Shown here one piece after another: positions 56,458 through 64,000 of a stretch of DNA of 64,000 bases. The notes under the pieces are model-generated. The model was not told where the DNA came from, did not search any database, and worked only from the letters and a program-made list of their open reading frames with translations. Every line of letters begins with the position of its first letter. Within the stretch, counting starts at the first letter, position 1. The stretch is from Ichthyobacteriaceae bacterium (GTDB lineage: Bacteria > Bacteroidota > Bacteroidia > Flavobacteriales > JADGDT01): contig JADGDT010000006.1 in assembly GCA_016744755.1 (NCBI GenBank), positions 2,066 through 66,065 of the forward strand. The letters are read 5' to 3'. Position numbers and translations under genes: made by a program.

Positions 56458-56748
56458 ATGAAATCAGTAATAACATTAATTTTCCTGATATTGAGTATCT
56501 CAGGATTTGCTCAAAATACAGAATCAACTCCTCTCTCAGTAGAATTACAGAAAGAAAAGTTGATAGCATTAAATTTAGTTACCGATAAAATGTCTTTTGC
56601 AAAAAAAGAGCACTACCTCGATTCTTTGCAAACAGCGGGTGTAATTATCAGAAAAATTAATTCTAAAAATAGTAAGGGATGTACCCTCGAAGACAGAGAA
56701 CAAATGTTTGGAAAACCTGCCGAGGAAGTTCTTATATTTCTTAAATAA
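56458..56748 (+). CDS. Hypothetical small secreted protein
   Basis: 96 aa with signal peptide MKSVITLIFLILSISGFAQ. No other support. Confidence 0.45.
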   Translation: MKSVITLIFLILSISGFAQNTESTPLSVELQKEKLIALNLVTDKMSFAKKEHYLDSLQTAGVIIRKINSKNSKGCTLEDREQMFGKPAEEVLIFLK

Positions 56749-56750
56749 AA

Positions 56751-58868
56751 CTATTCCACCATCTGACTCAAAGCATCCTCAACCTCAGCTACTGGCATTT
56801 TACACATTTTATCCTGACAAACATAAATTGTGGTTTTTCCATCAACAAGTCTGTCTTTTAGTATCTCCAAATTACCTTTGTTCTTACCTCCCGATAAGAA
56901 AACATTCGGAAGATATTTCTGTTCAAACTCTTTGCGCTTTGCTTCGTAATTATCTCCAACAATGGCTACTTCGTAAGGATTGCTAACAACCCAAGCCATA
57001 AGTATATCCCAATTAGCATAGTAAATACCACTTACCAAAGCATTTTTCTTTACATTTTTCAGCATTTGTTCAGCCTTACTTATATAATCAGCCTTGTATA
57101 AATACTGCCCCAACACAAATAAGTTCTTCGCCATTTGCGAATTAGACGATGGAATAACATTATCGGAAACCTCTGTTTTACGAGTTATCAAAGCCTCATC
57201 TTCATCAGATGTGAAAAAGAACATTCCAGTTTTGGAGTTGTAAAAATGTGCAATCGAATACTCTGATAGTTTCTCTGCATCGTGCAACCATTTCTCATCG
57301 AAAGTAACCTGATAAAGAGTTATAAATGCATCAATAGTAAAAGCATAATCATCCATAAATGCATTAATTGTTGATTTGCCATTCTTATAATTTCTATTCA
57401 ATCTACCATTGTCAAACATCATATTAGATTTTATGAAATTGGCATTTCTTATAGCTACTTTCAAATACTTTTCATCTCCAAAAACTTTGTATGCATCAGC
57501 GTAAGCCTTTAGCATTAAAGCATTCCACTGAGTAAGAATTTTATCGTCTAAACCTGGTCTTACTCGTTTGCTACGAGCTTCTAATAATATTTGCTTTGCT
57601 TCTTTCACTCTATTCTCAACCTCGGTAATTGAAATACCAAACCTTTCGGCTACTTCTTTATCTGTTTCGTACTTGTATAAAATATTTTTGCCATGTTCCC
57701 AATTTCCTTCATCGGTAACATTGTAATAGTCGATAATAAAATCGGCATTAGCTCCCAAAACTTTTTTAAGCTCCTCTTTTTTCCAAACATAAAACTCACC
57801 TTCTATGCCTTCACTATCGGCATCAAGTGCAGAGTAGAATCCACCTTCGGCAGACGTTAATTCTCTTTCAATAAACTCTAAAGTTTCAACAACTATCTTT
57901 TTATACTGTGGATTTTTTGTTTTCTGATATGCCGATGAATACAAACTCACAAGCTGAGAATTATCGTAAAGCATTTTCTCGAAATGAGGAGCAAACCATT
58001 GGTCATCCGTACTGTATCGTGCAAATCCACCACCTACTTGATCGTAAATTCCACCATCGGCCATTTTGTCGAGAGTAATTGTAACTGCTCTCAAAGCATC
58101 TTCGTTACCCGAAATATGGTTGTATTGCAATAAAAATTGATATCCCACAGGAAGAGGAAATTTTGGAGAGCCAGTACTTCCACCATTCTTAAAATCAATT
58201 GTTCTTTTCCAATTAGAAAAAACAGTGTCCAAATCTGATTTTGTAAACTCTAATTCCTCATTATTAATATATATTTTCTCCGTAGAATTTATTCCTTTAG
58301 TAATTGCAACAGCCCTTTCTTCTGTTCCTTCAGGGTTTTCATCAACATATTTTTTTACTTGAGTCAACATATCTATCCACCTAGTTTTCGGGAAATAAGT
58401 ACCGCCATGTATAGGTCTCCCATCGGGTAAAGCAATACAGTTTAATGGCCAACCACCGCTACCCGTAATTATTCTAACAGCATCCATATAAACCTGATCT
58501 ATATCTGGTCTTTCTTCCCTATCTACTTTTATAGCCACAAAGTTCTCATTCATAAATTTTGCAACCTCCTCATCCTCGAAACTTTCGTGCTCCATTACAT
58601 GACACCAATGGCAAGCAGAATACCCAATACTTACAATAATTAATTTATTTTCTCGCTTAGCCTTGTCCAGTGCTTCTTGCCCCCACGGATACCAATTTAC
58701 AGGATTATGAGCATGTTGAAGTAAATACGGACTACTCTCGTTTATTAATTTGTTGGTGTATTTTTGGTGAATATTGTTAGACATTTTTTCTTTTTTTTGA
58801 GCATTAGTATTACATGAGCTAAAGATTATAACTGAAAAAAACATTAAGTATCGTAAGGTCTTTAGCAT
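56751..58868 (-). CDS. Thioredoxin-domain protein fused to a six-hairpin glycosidase-like domain (DUF255/YyaL family)
   Basis: 705 aa. The N-terminal thioredoxin-like [16 protein letters not shown] is followed by a long alpha/alpha-toroid-like region. Confidence 0.9.
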   Translation of the reverse strand: MLKTLRYLMFFSVIIFSSCNTNAQKKEKMSNNIHQKYTNKLINESSPYLLQHAHNPVNWYPWGQEALDKAKRENKLIIVSIGYSACHWCHVMEHESFEDEEVAKFMNENFVAIKVDREERPDIDQVYMDAVRIITGSGGWPLNCIALPDGRPIHGGTYFPKTRWIDMLTQVKKYVDENPEGTEERAVAITKGINSTEKIYINNEELEFTKSDLDTVFSNWKRTIDFKNGGSTGSPKFPLPVGYQFLLQYNHISGNEDALRAVTITLDKMADGGIYDQVGGGFARYSTDDQWFAPHFEKMLYDNSQLVSLYSSAYQKTKNPQYKKIVVETLEFIERELTSAEGGFYSALDADSEGIEGEFYVWKKEELKKVLGANADFIIDYYNVTDEGNWEHGKNILYKYETDKEVAERFGISITEVENRVKEAKQILLEARSKRVRPGLDDKILTQWNALMLKAYADAYKVFGDEKYLKVAIRNANFIKSNMMFDNGRLNRNYKNGKSTINAFMDDYAFTIDAFITLYQVTFDEKWLHDAEKLSEYSIAHFYNSKTGMFFFTSDEDEALITRKTEVSDNVIPSSNSQMAKNLFVLGQYLYKADYISKAEQMLKNVKKNALVSGIYYANWDILMAWVVSNPYEVAIVGDNYEAKRKEFEQKYLPNVFLSGGKNKGNLEILKDRLVDGKTTIYVCQDKMCKMPVAEVEDALSQMVE

Positions 58869-59153
58869 AAAAAATTATTTATTAGTAAAGGTGCAATACT
58901 TCGTCTTTTTGAGGAAATAGAAGTAATACTTGTTTGTTATTCTGTGATAAATGATTTTGATAGGGAAGTAATATTTAATCACTAAGGACTCAAAGGTTTG
59001 CACAAAGTTACACGAAGAAATTATATAAATATAAGCCTTTGTCTCCTTAGTGATTACCTTAGTGATCTTTGTGGTTAATAAAACTCTAAGTTTCAATTTA
59101 AAACATTTACACAAAATTACAGAGGATAGAGTTAATGCTACAACTCTAATAAG

Positions 59154-59161
59154 TATCTTTG
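59154..59161 (+). promoter_or_regulatory. -7 promoter box (TATCTTTG)
   Basis: Exact TAnnTTTG match 37 nt upstream of the GTG start at 59198. Confidence 0.45.
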
Positions 59162-59197
59162 TGTTTCAAATTGACAACATATTAAAAATATACATCT

Positions 59198-61255
59198 GTG
59201 ATAAACGAACAGTTAATAAACCCGAAAAGCATAGCCGTAATTGGTGGATCAAACAATATTCAGAAACCAGGAGGCAAAATACTTCACAACTTATTAGATG
59301 GCAATTTTAAAGGAGAGTTGCTTGTTTTAAATCCTAAGGAAAAAGAAGTTCAAGGTGTGAAAGCTTATCTTAATTTGGATGAATTGCCGCATTGCAATTT
59401 AGCAATAATTGCCATTGCTGCAAGGTTTGCAATTGATACTGTTGACACTTTGCTTCGTAAAGGAACAAAAGCTTTCATCATAATTTCGGCTGGATTTGGG
59501 GAAGAAACTGAAGAAGGCAAAGAAATAGAATTTAAACTTGCAGACCTGATAGACACCAACGGAGCATCGCTGATTGGTCCAAACTGTATTGGTGTTTTAA
59601 ACAATAATTACAGTGGTGTTTTTACAACTCCCATTCCCGAAATAAGTAGCGAAGGGGCTGATTTTGTTTCTAGTTCTGGAGCAACTGCCGTTTTCATTAT
59701 GGAGAGAGCAATGCTAAGAGGAATGCGTTTCAACAGTGTTTACTCAGTTGGTAATGCTGCTCAAACAGGAATAGAAGATGTACTAGAGTATTGGGATGAA
59801 AATTACGAAGAAGGAAAGAGTTCTAAAATTAAGTTGATGTACATAGAAAACATCAACGATCCTGGAAAATTGCTTCGTCATTCAAAATCACTAATTAACA
59901 AAGGTTGTAAAATTGCTGCTATAAAATCTGGAGTTTCCGAAGCGGGGTCGCGTGCAGCATCGTCGCACACAGGGGCTATGGCTAGTAGCGATTTGGCCGT
60001 AAGAGGGCTGTTCCGCAAAGCAGGAATAGTTTATTGCTCTAGTCGTGAAGAATTAATTGCTGCAGGATCAATTTTCAACTATCAAGAATTAAAAGGTAAA
60101 AATATTGCGATTATAACTCATGCTGGTGGGCCAGCAGTTATGCTTACTGATGCAGTATCAAAAAAAGGCTTAAACGTACCTGAGATTAAAGGAGAAGCAG
60201 CTGATAGGTTACTTCAAGAATTATACCCAGGATCGTCTGTTAAAAATCCTATTGACTTTCTGGCAACAGGAACTGCCGAGCAACTCGGAATAATTATAGA
60301 TTACGTAAATAACGAGTTTGACGAAATAGACGGAATGGCTGTTGTTTTTGGAAGCCCTGGTTTATTTAAAGTAGATGAAGTTTACAAAGTACTAAACGAG
60401 AAAATCAAGAACTCTAAAAAACCAATTTATCCTGTACTCCCATCGCTGATTAATGCTGCAGATGCAGTAAAACAATTTCAGGCTGATGGAAATATAAATT
60501 TCCCCGATGAGGTAATGTTGGGCGATGCCTTAGCCGAAGTATGGAAACAAACACATAAACCTCTACCTCTAGAATTTGATATACCAAATCTAGATAAAAA
60601 GGCAATTAGAGAAGTAATTGACAATGCGGAAGAAGGATACATTGCTTCAGCAGAAATAATGAAAATACTAGATGCTTCTGGTATCAATAGAGCTCAAGAA
60701 AAAGTTGTGAAAACTGTTGATGATGCAATTGTTACTGCTAGTAAATATGGTTATCCTTTGGTTATGAAAGTTGTAGGACCTGTACATAAATCGGATGTTG
60801 GCGGTGTTGTGCTTAATGTAGGAAATGAAGAAACGGTAATCGAAGAATTCAATCGTATGATTAGAATTCAAGACACTACAGGTATTTTAATTCAACCAAT
60901 GCTAAGTGGTATGGAATTGTTTGCAGGTACAATTGCCGAAGATAAATTTGGTCATCAAGTTATGGCAGGTCTAGGAGGTATTTTTATTGAGGTATTGAAA
61001 GATGTGCAATCTGGGTTAGCTCCACTTTCGCTACACGAAATAAAAGCTATGCTAAAAAGACTTAACGGTTATAAATTACTAGAAGGTGTAAGAGGTCAAG
61101 AAGGAATTAATATTGATAAATATATTGATGTTATTCAACGATTATCTGTACTTGTAACAATTGCTCCAGAAATTAAAGAAATGGATTTAAACCCTTTACT
61201 AGGAACAAAAGACAATGTTATTGCTGTTGATGCTAGAATTAGAATTGAGAAATAA
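59198..61255 (+). CDS. ADP-forming acyl-CoA synthetase (acetate--CoA ligase family; CoA-binding, ligase-CoA and ATP-grasp domains)
   Basis: GTG start. It has the CoA-binding N-terminus PKSIAVIGGSNN, the phosphohistidine-loop region SGVSEAGSRAASSHTGAMA and a C-terminal ATP-grasp domain (YPLVMKVVGPVHKSDVGGV). Confidence 0.85.
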   Translation: MINEQLINPKSIAVIGGSNNIQKPGGKILHNLLDGNFKGELLVLNPKEKEVQGVKAYLNLDELPHCNLAIIAIAARFAIDTVDTLLRKGTKAFIIISAGFGEETEEGKEIEFKLADLIDTNGASLIGPNCIGVLNNNYSGVFTTPIPEISSEGADFVSSSGATAVFIMERAMLRGMRFNSVYSVGNAAQTGIEDVLEYWDENYEEGKSSKIKLMYIENINDPGKLLRHSKSLINKGCKIAAIKSGVSEAGSRAASSHTGAMASSDLAVRGLFRKAGIVYCSSREELIAAGSIFNYQELKGKNIAIITHAGGPAVMLTDAVSKKGLNVPEIKGEAADRLLQELYPGSSVKNPIDFLATGTAEQLGIIIDYVNNEFDEIDGMAVVFGSPGLFKVDEVYKVLNEKIKNSKKPIYPVLPSLINAADAVKQFQADGNINFPDEVMLGDALAEVWKQTHKPLPLEFDIPNLDKKAIREVIDNAEEGYIASAEIMKILDASGINRAQEKVVKTVDDAIVTASKYGYPLVMKVVGPVHKSDVGGVVLNVGNEETVIEEFNRMIRIQDTTGILIQPMLSGMELFAGTIAEDKFGHQVMAGLGGIFIEVLKDVQSGLAPLSLHEIKAMLKRLNGYKLLEGVRGQEGINIDKYIDVIQRLSVLVTIAPEIKEMDLNPLLGTKDNVIAVDARIRIEK

Positions 61256-61431
61256 TCTACTTAATTATTAGTTCATCATCCAAATAACACAACTAATCAG
61301 TAAAAAATATCATTTATCAAAACTATTCTTCAACCTTCTAAAAGTGTTGCATATTTACATCAGAAAACAATTAGTAACTGTTTTCTAAACTTCACTAAGA
61401 GTAGTAAATGTGAGTTTTTTCATAGTAAGAT

Positions 61432-61483
61432 TTTGGGTTAGTTTAGAAAAGGCATTTATCTCTAGATAGATGCCTTTTTTTAT
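61432..61483. repeat. Copy 1 of a ~52-nt direct repeat containing a terminator hairpin
   Basis: TTTGGGTTAGTTTAGAAAAGGCATTTATCTCTAGATAGATGCCTTTTTTTAT. The internal stem is GGCATTTATCT/AGATAGATGCC, followed by a T-run. Confidence 0.85.
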
Positions 61484-61527
61484 ATGCCATACTTATAGAT
61501 TATAAATAATCTATAAGTATGGCATAT
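61482..61527. repeat. Perfect 22-bp-arm palindrome (46 nt)
   Basis: ATATGCCATACTTATAGATTAT-AA-ATAATCTATAAGTATGGCATAT. Every arm position pairs when checked by hand. It lies between the repeat copy 1 terminator and the -7 box at 61537. Confidence 0.9.
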
Positions 61528-61536
61528 GTTTTGTAA

Positions 61537-61544
61537 TATATTTG
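61537..61544 (+). promoter_or_regulatory. -7 promoter box (TATATTTG)
   Basis: Exact TAnnTTTG match 33 nt upstream of the ATG at 61577. This supports the shorter start. Confidence 0.45.
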
Positions 61545-61576
61545 AACTCATTTATTTTAAACCTAAAACCCATTTT

Positions 61577-62164
61577 ATGAAAAACTTATCTAAATTCCCC
61601 TTGGTAATTGCAATTATCTTATTCTTATCAATCAATGTAAAATCACAAACTGTACAAAGCCAAGGAACAATGTTTATGCCTCTACCATTTGGTATAGGAT
61701 TTGGATATGAGTTAGCACTTGGCAATCAATTATCTTTAGATATTACCGGAGAGTTTAAATCCTATATTGGCGATGATGATTTTGCAGTAGATAATTTTGT
61801 AATGTCTCCAAGGATTGGTCTTGAAGGAAGATACTACTACGATCTTAAAAAGCGTTTTGACTCTGGAAAAAATACAGATAATAATTCTGCTAACTATTTC
61901 GCACTTCTAATTAGTGAAGAATTTCCAATAGGCTATGAAGGAATAAGAGATTATCCAATCTACACTACAAGAATACTTCCTAAGTGGGGAATGAGAAGAA
62001 CACTTTCTCAGAATTTTACTATAGATTTTGGAGCCTACTTTGGTGTAAAGTATGGAGCTACTCTGAAAGATCGTGATTTGGGAGGATCTGCAATAAGAAC
62101 ATATGGACCAAACGAATGGAAAGCTGCATATGGCGTGTACGTAACTTTAAGTCATGTGTTTTAA
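61577..62164 (+). CDS. Small outer-membrane beta-barrel-like protein
   Basis: The start at 61577 gives signal peptide MKNLSKFPLVIAIILFLSINVKSQ. It has an alternating Gly/aromatic beta-strand pattern and a C-terminal ...TLSHVF (terminal Phe). Confidence 0.5.
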   Translation: MKNLSKFPLVIAIILFLSINVKSQTVQSQGTMFMPLPFGIGFGYELALGNQLSLDITGEFKSYIGDDDFAVDNFVMSPRIGLEGRYYYDLKKRFDSGKNTDNNSANYFALLISEEFPIGYEGIRDYPIYTTRILPKWGMRRTLSQNFTIDFGAYFGVKYGATLKDRDLGGSAIRTYGPNEWKAAYGVYVTLSHVF

Positions 62165-62190
62165 TTAAAAAAACTACCCTAAGAGTACTA

Positions 62191-62243
62191 TTTGGGATTA
62201 GTTTAGAAAAGGCATTTATCTCTCGATAGATGCCTTTTTTTAT
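62191..62243. repeat. Copy 2 of the ~52-nt direct repeat with terminator hairpin
   Basis: TTTGGGATTAGTTTAGAAAAGGCATTTATCTCTCGATAGATGCCTTTTTTTAT. It differs from copy 1 by one indel and one substitution. An extra shared CTAAGAGTA(G/C)TA lies upstream of both copies. Confidence 0.85.
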
Positions 62244-62246
62244 GTA

Positions 62247-62285
62247 CAAAAAAATGGCTATCCAAAATTTGAACAGCCATTTTTG
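62247..62285 (-). terminator. Terminator for the small minus-strand membrane-protein gene
   Basis: On the minus strand, an ATGGCT..AGCCAT stem followed by a T-run. Confidence 0.5.
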
Positions 62286-62303
62286 ATTTTTCTTCTACGA
62301 GTT

Positions 62304-62516
62304 TTACTTTTTAAAATTCGTAATCTTGTTTTTTATAAATATAATAATAAACATACATACTAAAATTACACCAACTCCAACGGCACCTATTACTCCTCCT
62401 TCATGAGTGCCTTTTGGAATATCAATAATTACTCCAGATAAAAACGCATATATCAAAAAAGATGTAATCACACCTATCCATCTGTTTTTAATTGGCTTAA
62501 GAACCTTACTACTCAT
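62304..62516 (-). CDS. Hypothetical small two-TM membrane protein
   Basis: 70 aa with two hydrophobic segments. It lies 19 nt downstream of the T9SS paralog gene. Confidence 0.4.
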   Translation of the reverse strand: MSSKVLKPIKNRWIGVITSFLIYAFLSGVIIDIPKGTHEGGVIGAVGVGVILVCMFIIIFIKNKITNFKK

Positions 62517-62535
62517 AATACTACTCTACAATTAA

Positions 62536-64000
62536 TTATTGCTTAAGTACCTTCTTAACTACTTTAGAATTTTCATGTTTTATTTCTAAAATATATATTC
62601 CTTTATTCCAATCAGAAGAATTGATATTAATTTTATCTCCCTTACTTTTTACAGCTCTAGAGTAAATCAACCTTCCAGAAGTTGAGAAAACTGTAATCTC
62701 AAATTCCTGATTATTTTCGAAACCTGAAATTGTTAAATTCTCTTTTGTTGGATTTGGATAAACGGTCAAACTATTTTCAAAATAATCGTTGTTAGCAAGT
62801 GGTTCTGCTAAAAGGTAATCAATAGATTTACTTATTAAAACATCAGCATCGGCCTGGACAGTAGCCCCAATTGGGAAAGTAAAATATACAACTCCACCAT
62901 CTTCTGTTCCTGTACCAAATATTCCTTTATAACCTACAACAGAACTAAATCCTCCTGAGGCAAAATCCATTAATGATTCCGCTCCAGCAACAGGTAAAAT
63001 ACCGTCAGGATATTTAATTGTCCAACCATTTGCATTATTAAATGCTACACTAATACCGTCGAATATTGTACTAACAGTTCCTACTGAATTACCATAAGCA
63101 GTACTACCATCATTTTTGTATGTTGCTTTCAAATAATCAGCATAAAAAGATTTGTCTGTAGTTCCACCTTTTGCAACTAAGTCCCATCCAATTTCTGCTC
63201 CCGAAACTACAAAGTTACCTCCATTGCTCAGGTAGTGTTTTACAACATTTTGTTCAATTGCATCAAAAGTAATATCAACTGTTGATTCTTCACCAGAAAT
63301 CCAATATACTAAATCATAATCAGCTAATCTTACTGAAGCATCTTTTAAAGCTTTGTTATCGGAAGTTGTTACGCTCTTAACATTTTCTAACTTTGAAATT
63401 GCATTGATATAAATTGATGATAAGGTGTGATTACTTGATGTGTTCACTCCCGTTTTTCTATCAAATCCATCAACCACCAATATATTCATGCCAGTAGTAG
63501 AAGCGTAAGTTGAATAAACTTTAGAGTCAGGACCAACTAGCTCATCGTTGCCACTATAATTATCATTCAAGTCTTTGTTAACTCCTACAATTTTGAAGTA
63601 AAGTTTACTAGAAACAGCAGGCACACTAAATACACTTGGAGAAACAATAAATGAAGATAGAGAAGAAGTCAATTCAGTTTCATCTTTAACTAATTTCCAA
63701 TCAGAAAGATCATCGTTTTCAGAATAATATATTCTATAACCAACTTTATCTCTCGTCAATACATTCCAATTAAATTCAATTGTACCATCAGTATTTGGCA
63801 TAATAGATTTGAATGTAACTTGACTTGGTGCCGGTAAATCAACTAAATTCTCAACAACATCAAACCCAGTAACAGTAACATTTTCAGTTTTTAACTCCAC
63901 TCCTCCCTTTGAGAACTTTACTTGGTAATCTCCTGGAGCCATCCACCCCATAAAGTAAAAACCGTTATAACCTTCGTCGGTAGTTACTTCTCTAATTACT
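62536..64000 (-). CDS. T9SS cargo protein, paralog of the 27011-31132 product (the N-terminus lies outside the window)
   Basis: The frame stays open upstream of the track Met to nt 64000 (..VIREVTTDEGYNGFYFMGW..). It shares the CarboxypepD_reg-like, Fn3 and unassigned alpha/beta domains with the large protein (ILVVDGFDRK, VYWISGEES, GGNFVVSGAEIGWDL, FYADYLKATY). The C-terminus VYPNPTKENLTI...GIYILEIKHENSKVVKKVLKQ is a T9SS sorting domain. Confidence 0.8.
   Translation of the reverse strand, partial: VIREVTTDEGYNGFYFMGWMAPGDYQVKFSKGGVELKTENVTVTGFDVVENLVDLPAPSQVTFKSIMPNTDGTIEFNWNVLTRDKVGYRIYYSENDDLSDWKLVKDETELTSSLSSFIVSPSVFSVPAVSSKLYFKIVGVNKDLNDNYSGNDELVGPDSKVYSTYASTTGMNILVVDGFDRKTGVNTSSNHTLSSIYINAISKLENVKSVTTSDNKALKDASVRLADYDLVYWISGEESTVDITFDAIEQNVVKHYLSNGGNFVVSGAEIGWDLVAKGGTTDKSFYADYLKATYKNDGSTAYGNSVGTVSTIFDGISVAFNNANGWTIKYPDGILPVAGAESLMDFASGGFSSVVGYKGIFGTGTEDGGVVYFTFPIGATVQADADVLISKSIDYLLAEPLANNDYFENSLTVYPNPTKENLTISGFENNQEFEITVFSTSGRLIYSRAVKSKGDKININSSDWNKGIYILEIKHENSKVVKKVLKQ

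Noticed and set aside
56708-56986. 92-aa plus-strand ORF overlapping the 3' end of the thioredoxin-domain gene.
   Set aside because: It is antisense to a 705-aa gene with clear motifs, and it has no independent support.
58875-59310. ORFs 58875-59114 (minus) and 59050-59310 (plus) in the divergent promoter region.
   Set aside because: Both run through the palindromic repeat element. The plus-strand ORF overlaps the well-supported synthetase start in another frame. Their translations are low-complexity.
1-64000. CRISPR arrays, tRNA, rRNA or tmRNA genes.
   Set aside because: No run of three or more regularly spaced identical repeats of 24-48 nt is present. The tandem and dispersed repeats found have at most 2-3 copies, or they are coding. 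I saw no tRNA-like T-arm or anticodon-arm pattern, and no rRNA-like segment, in any intergenic gap.

Overview
The window reads as a low-GC Bacteroidota chromosome, probably Flavobacteriia-like. The evidence is three proteins ending in T9SS C-terminal sorting domains, three TonB-dependent receptors, and TAnnTTTG -7 promoter boxes 17-47 nt upstream of many start codons. I count about 53 credible protein genes. I saw no rRNA, tRNA or CRISPR array. Housekeeping anchors are the 3' part of polA, rlmB, tsaB, pgk, recN, an acyl-CoA carboxylase beta subunit, glycerate kinase and an ADP-forming acyl-CoA synthetase. One RNA element is clear: a TPP riboswitch (about 36359-36446) in front of a TonB-dependent receptor.

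Accessory or unusual content, in rough order of interest:
- A two-gene module of a eukaryote-type GT3 glycogen synthase and a DUF-like protein carrying UDP-glucose pyrophosphorylase (UDPGP-family) motifs.
- A 1373-aa T9SS cargo protein combining a peptidoglycan amidase, adhesin-like domains and three GEVED modules. An unassigned alpha/beta domain in it recurs in a second T9SS protein at the right edge of the window.
- A small OB-fold protein (DUF3127-like) with an SSB-style disordered linker and a DDLPF tip.
- A lone Abi_2 abortive-infection gene.
- A DUF4143-type ATPase behind mutually exclusive hairpins.
- A truncated IS200/RAYT-like transposase next to REP-like hairpins that show compensatory changes, abutting a membrane-anchored MutS-related ATPase.
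- Several short dispersed repeat families that bracket single genes in a cassette-like way.

No canonical multi-gene defence system is recognisable. All functional calls rest on motif-level reading of the translations, not on database searches.
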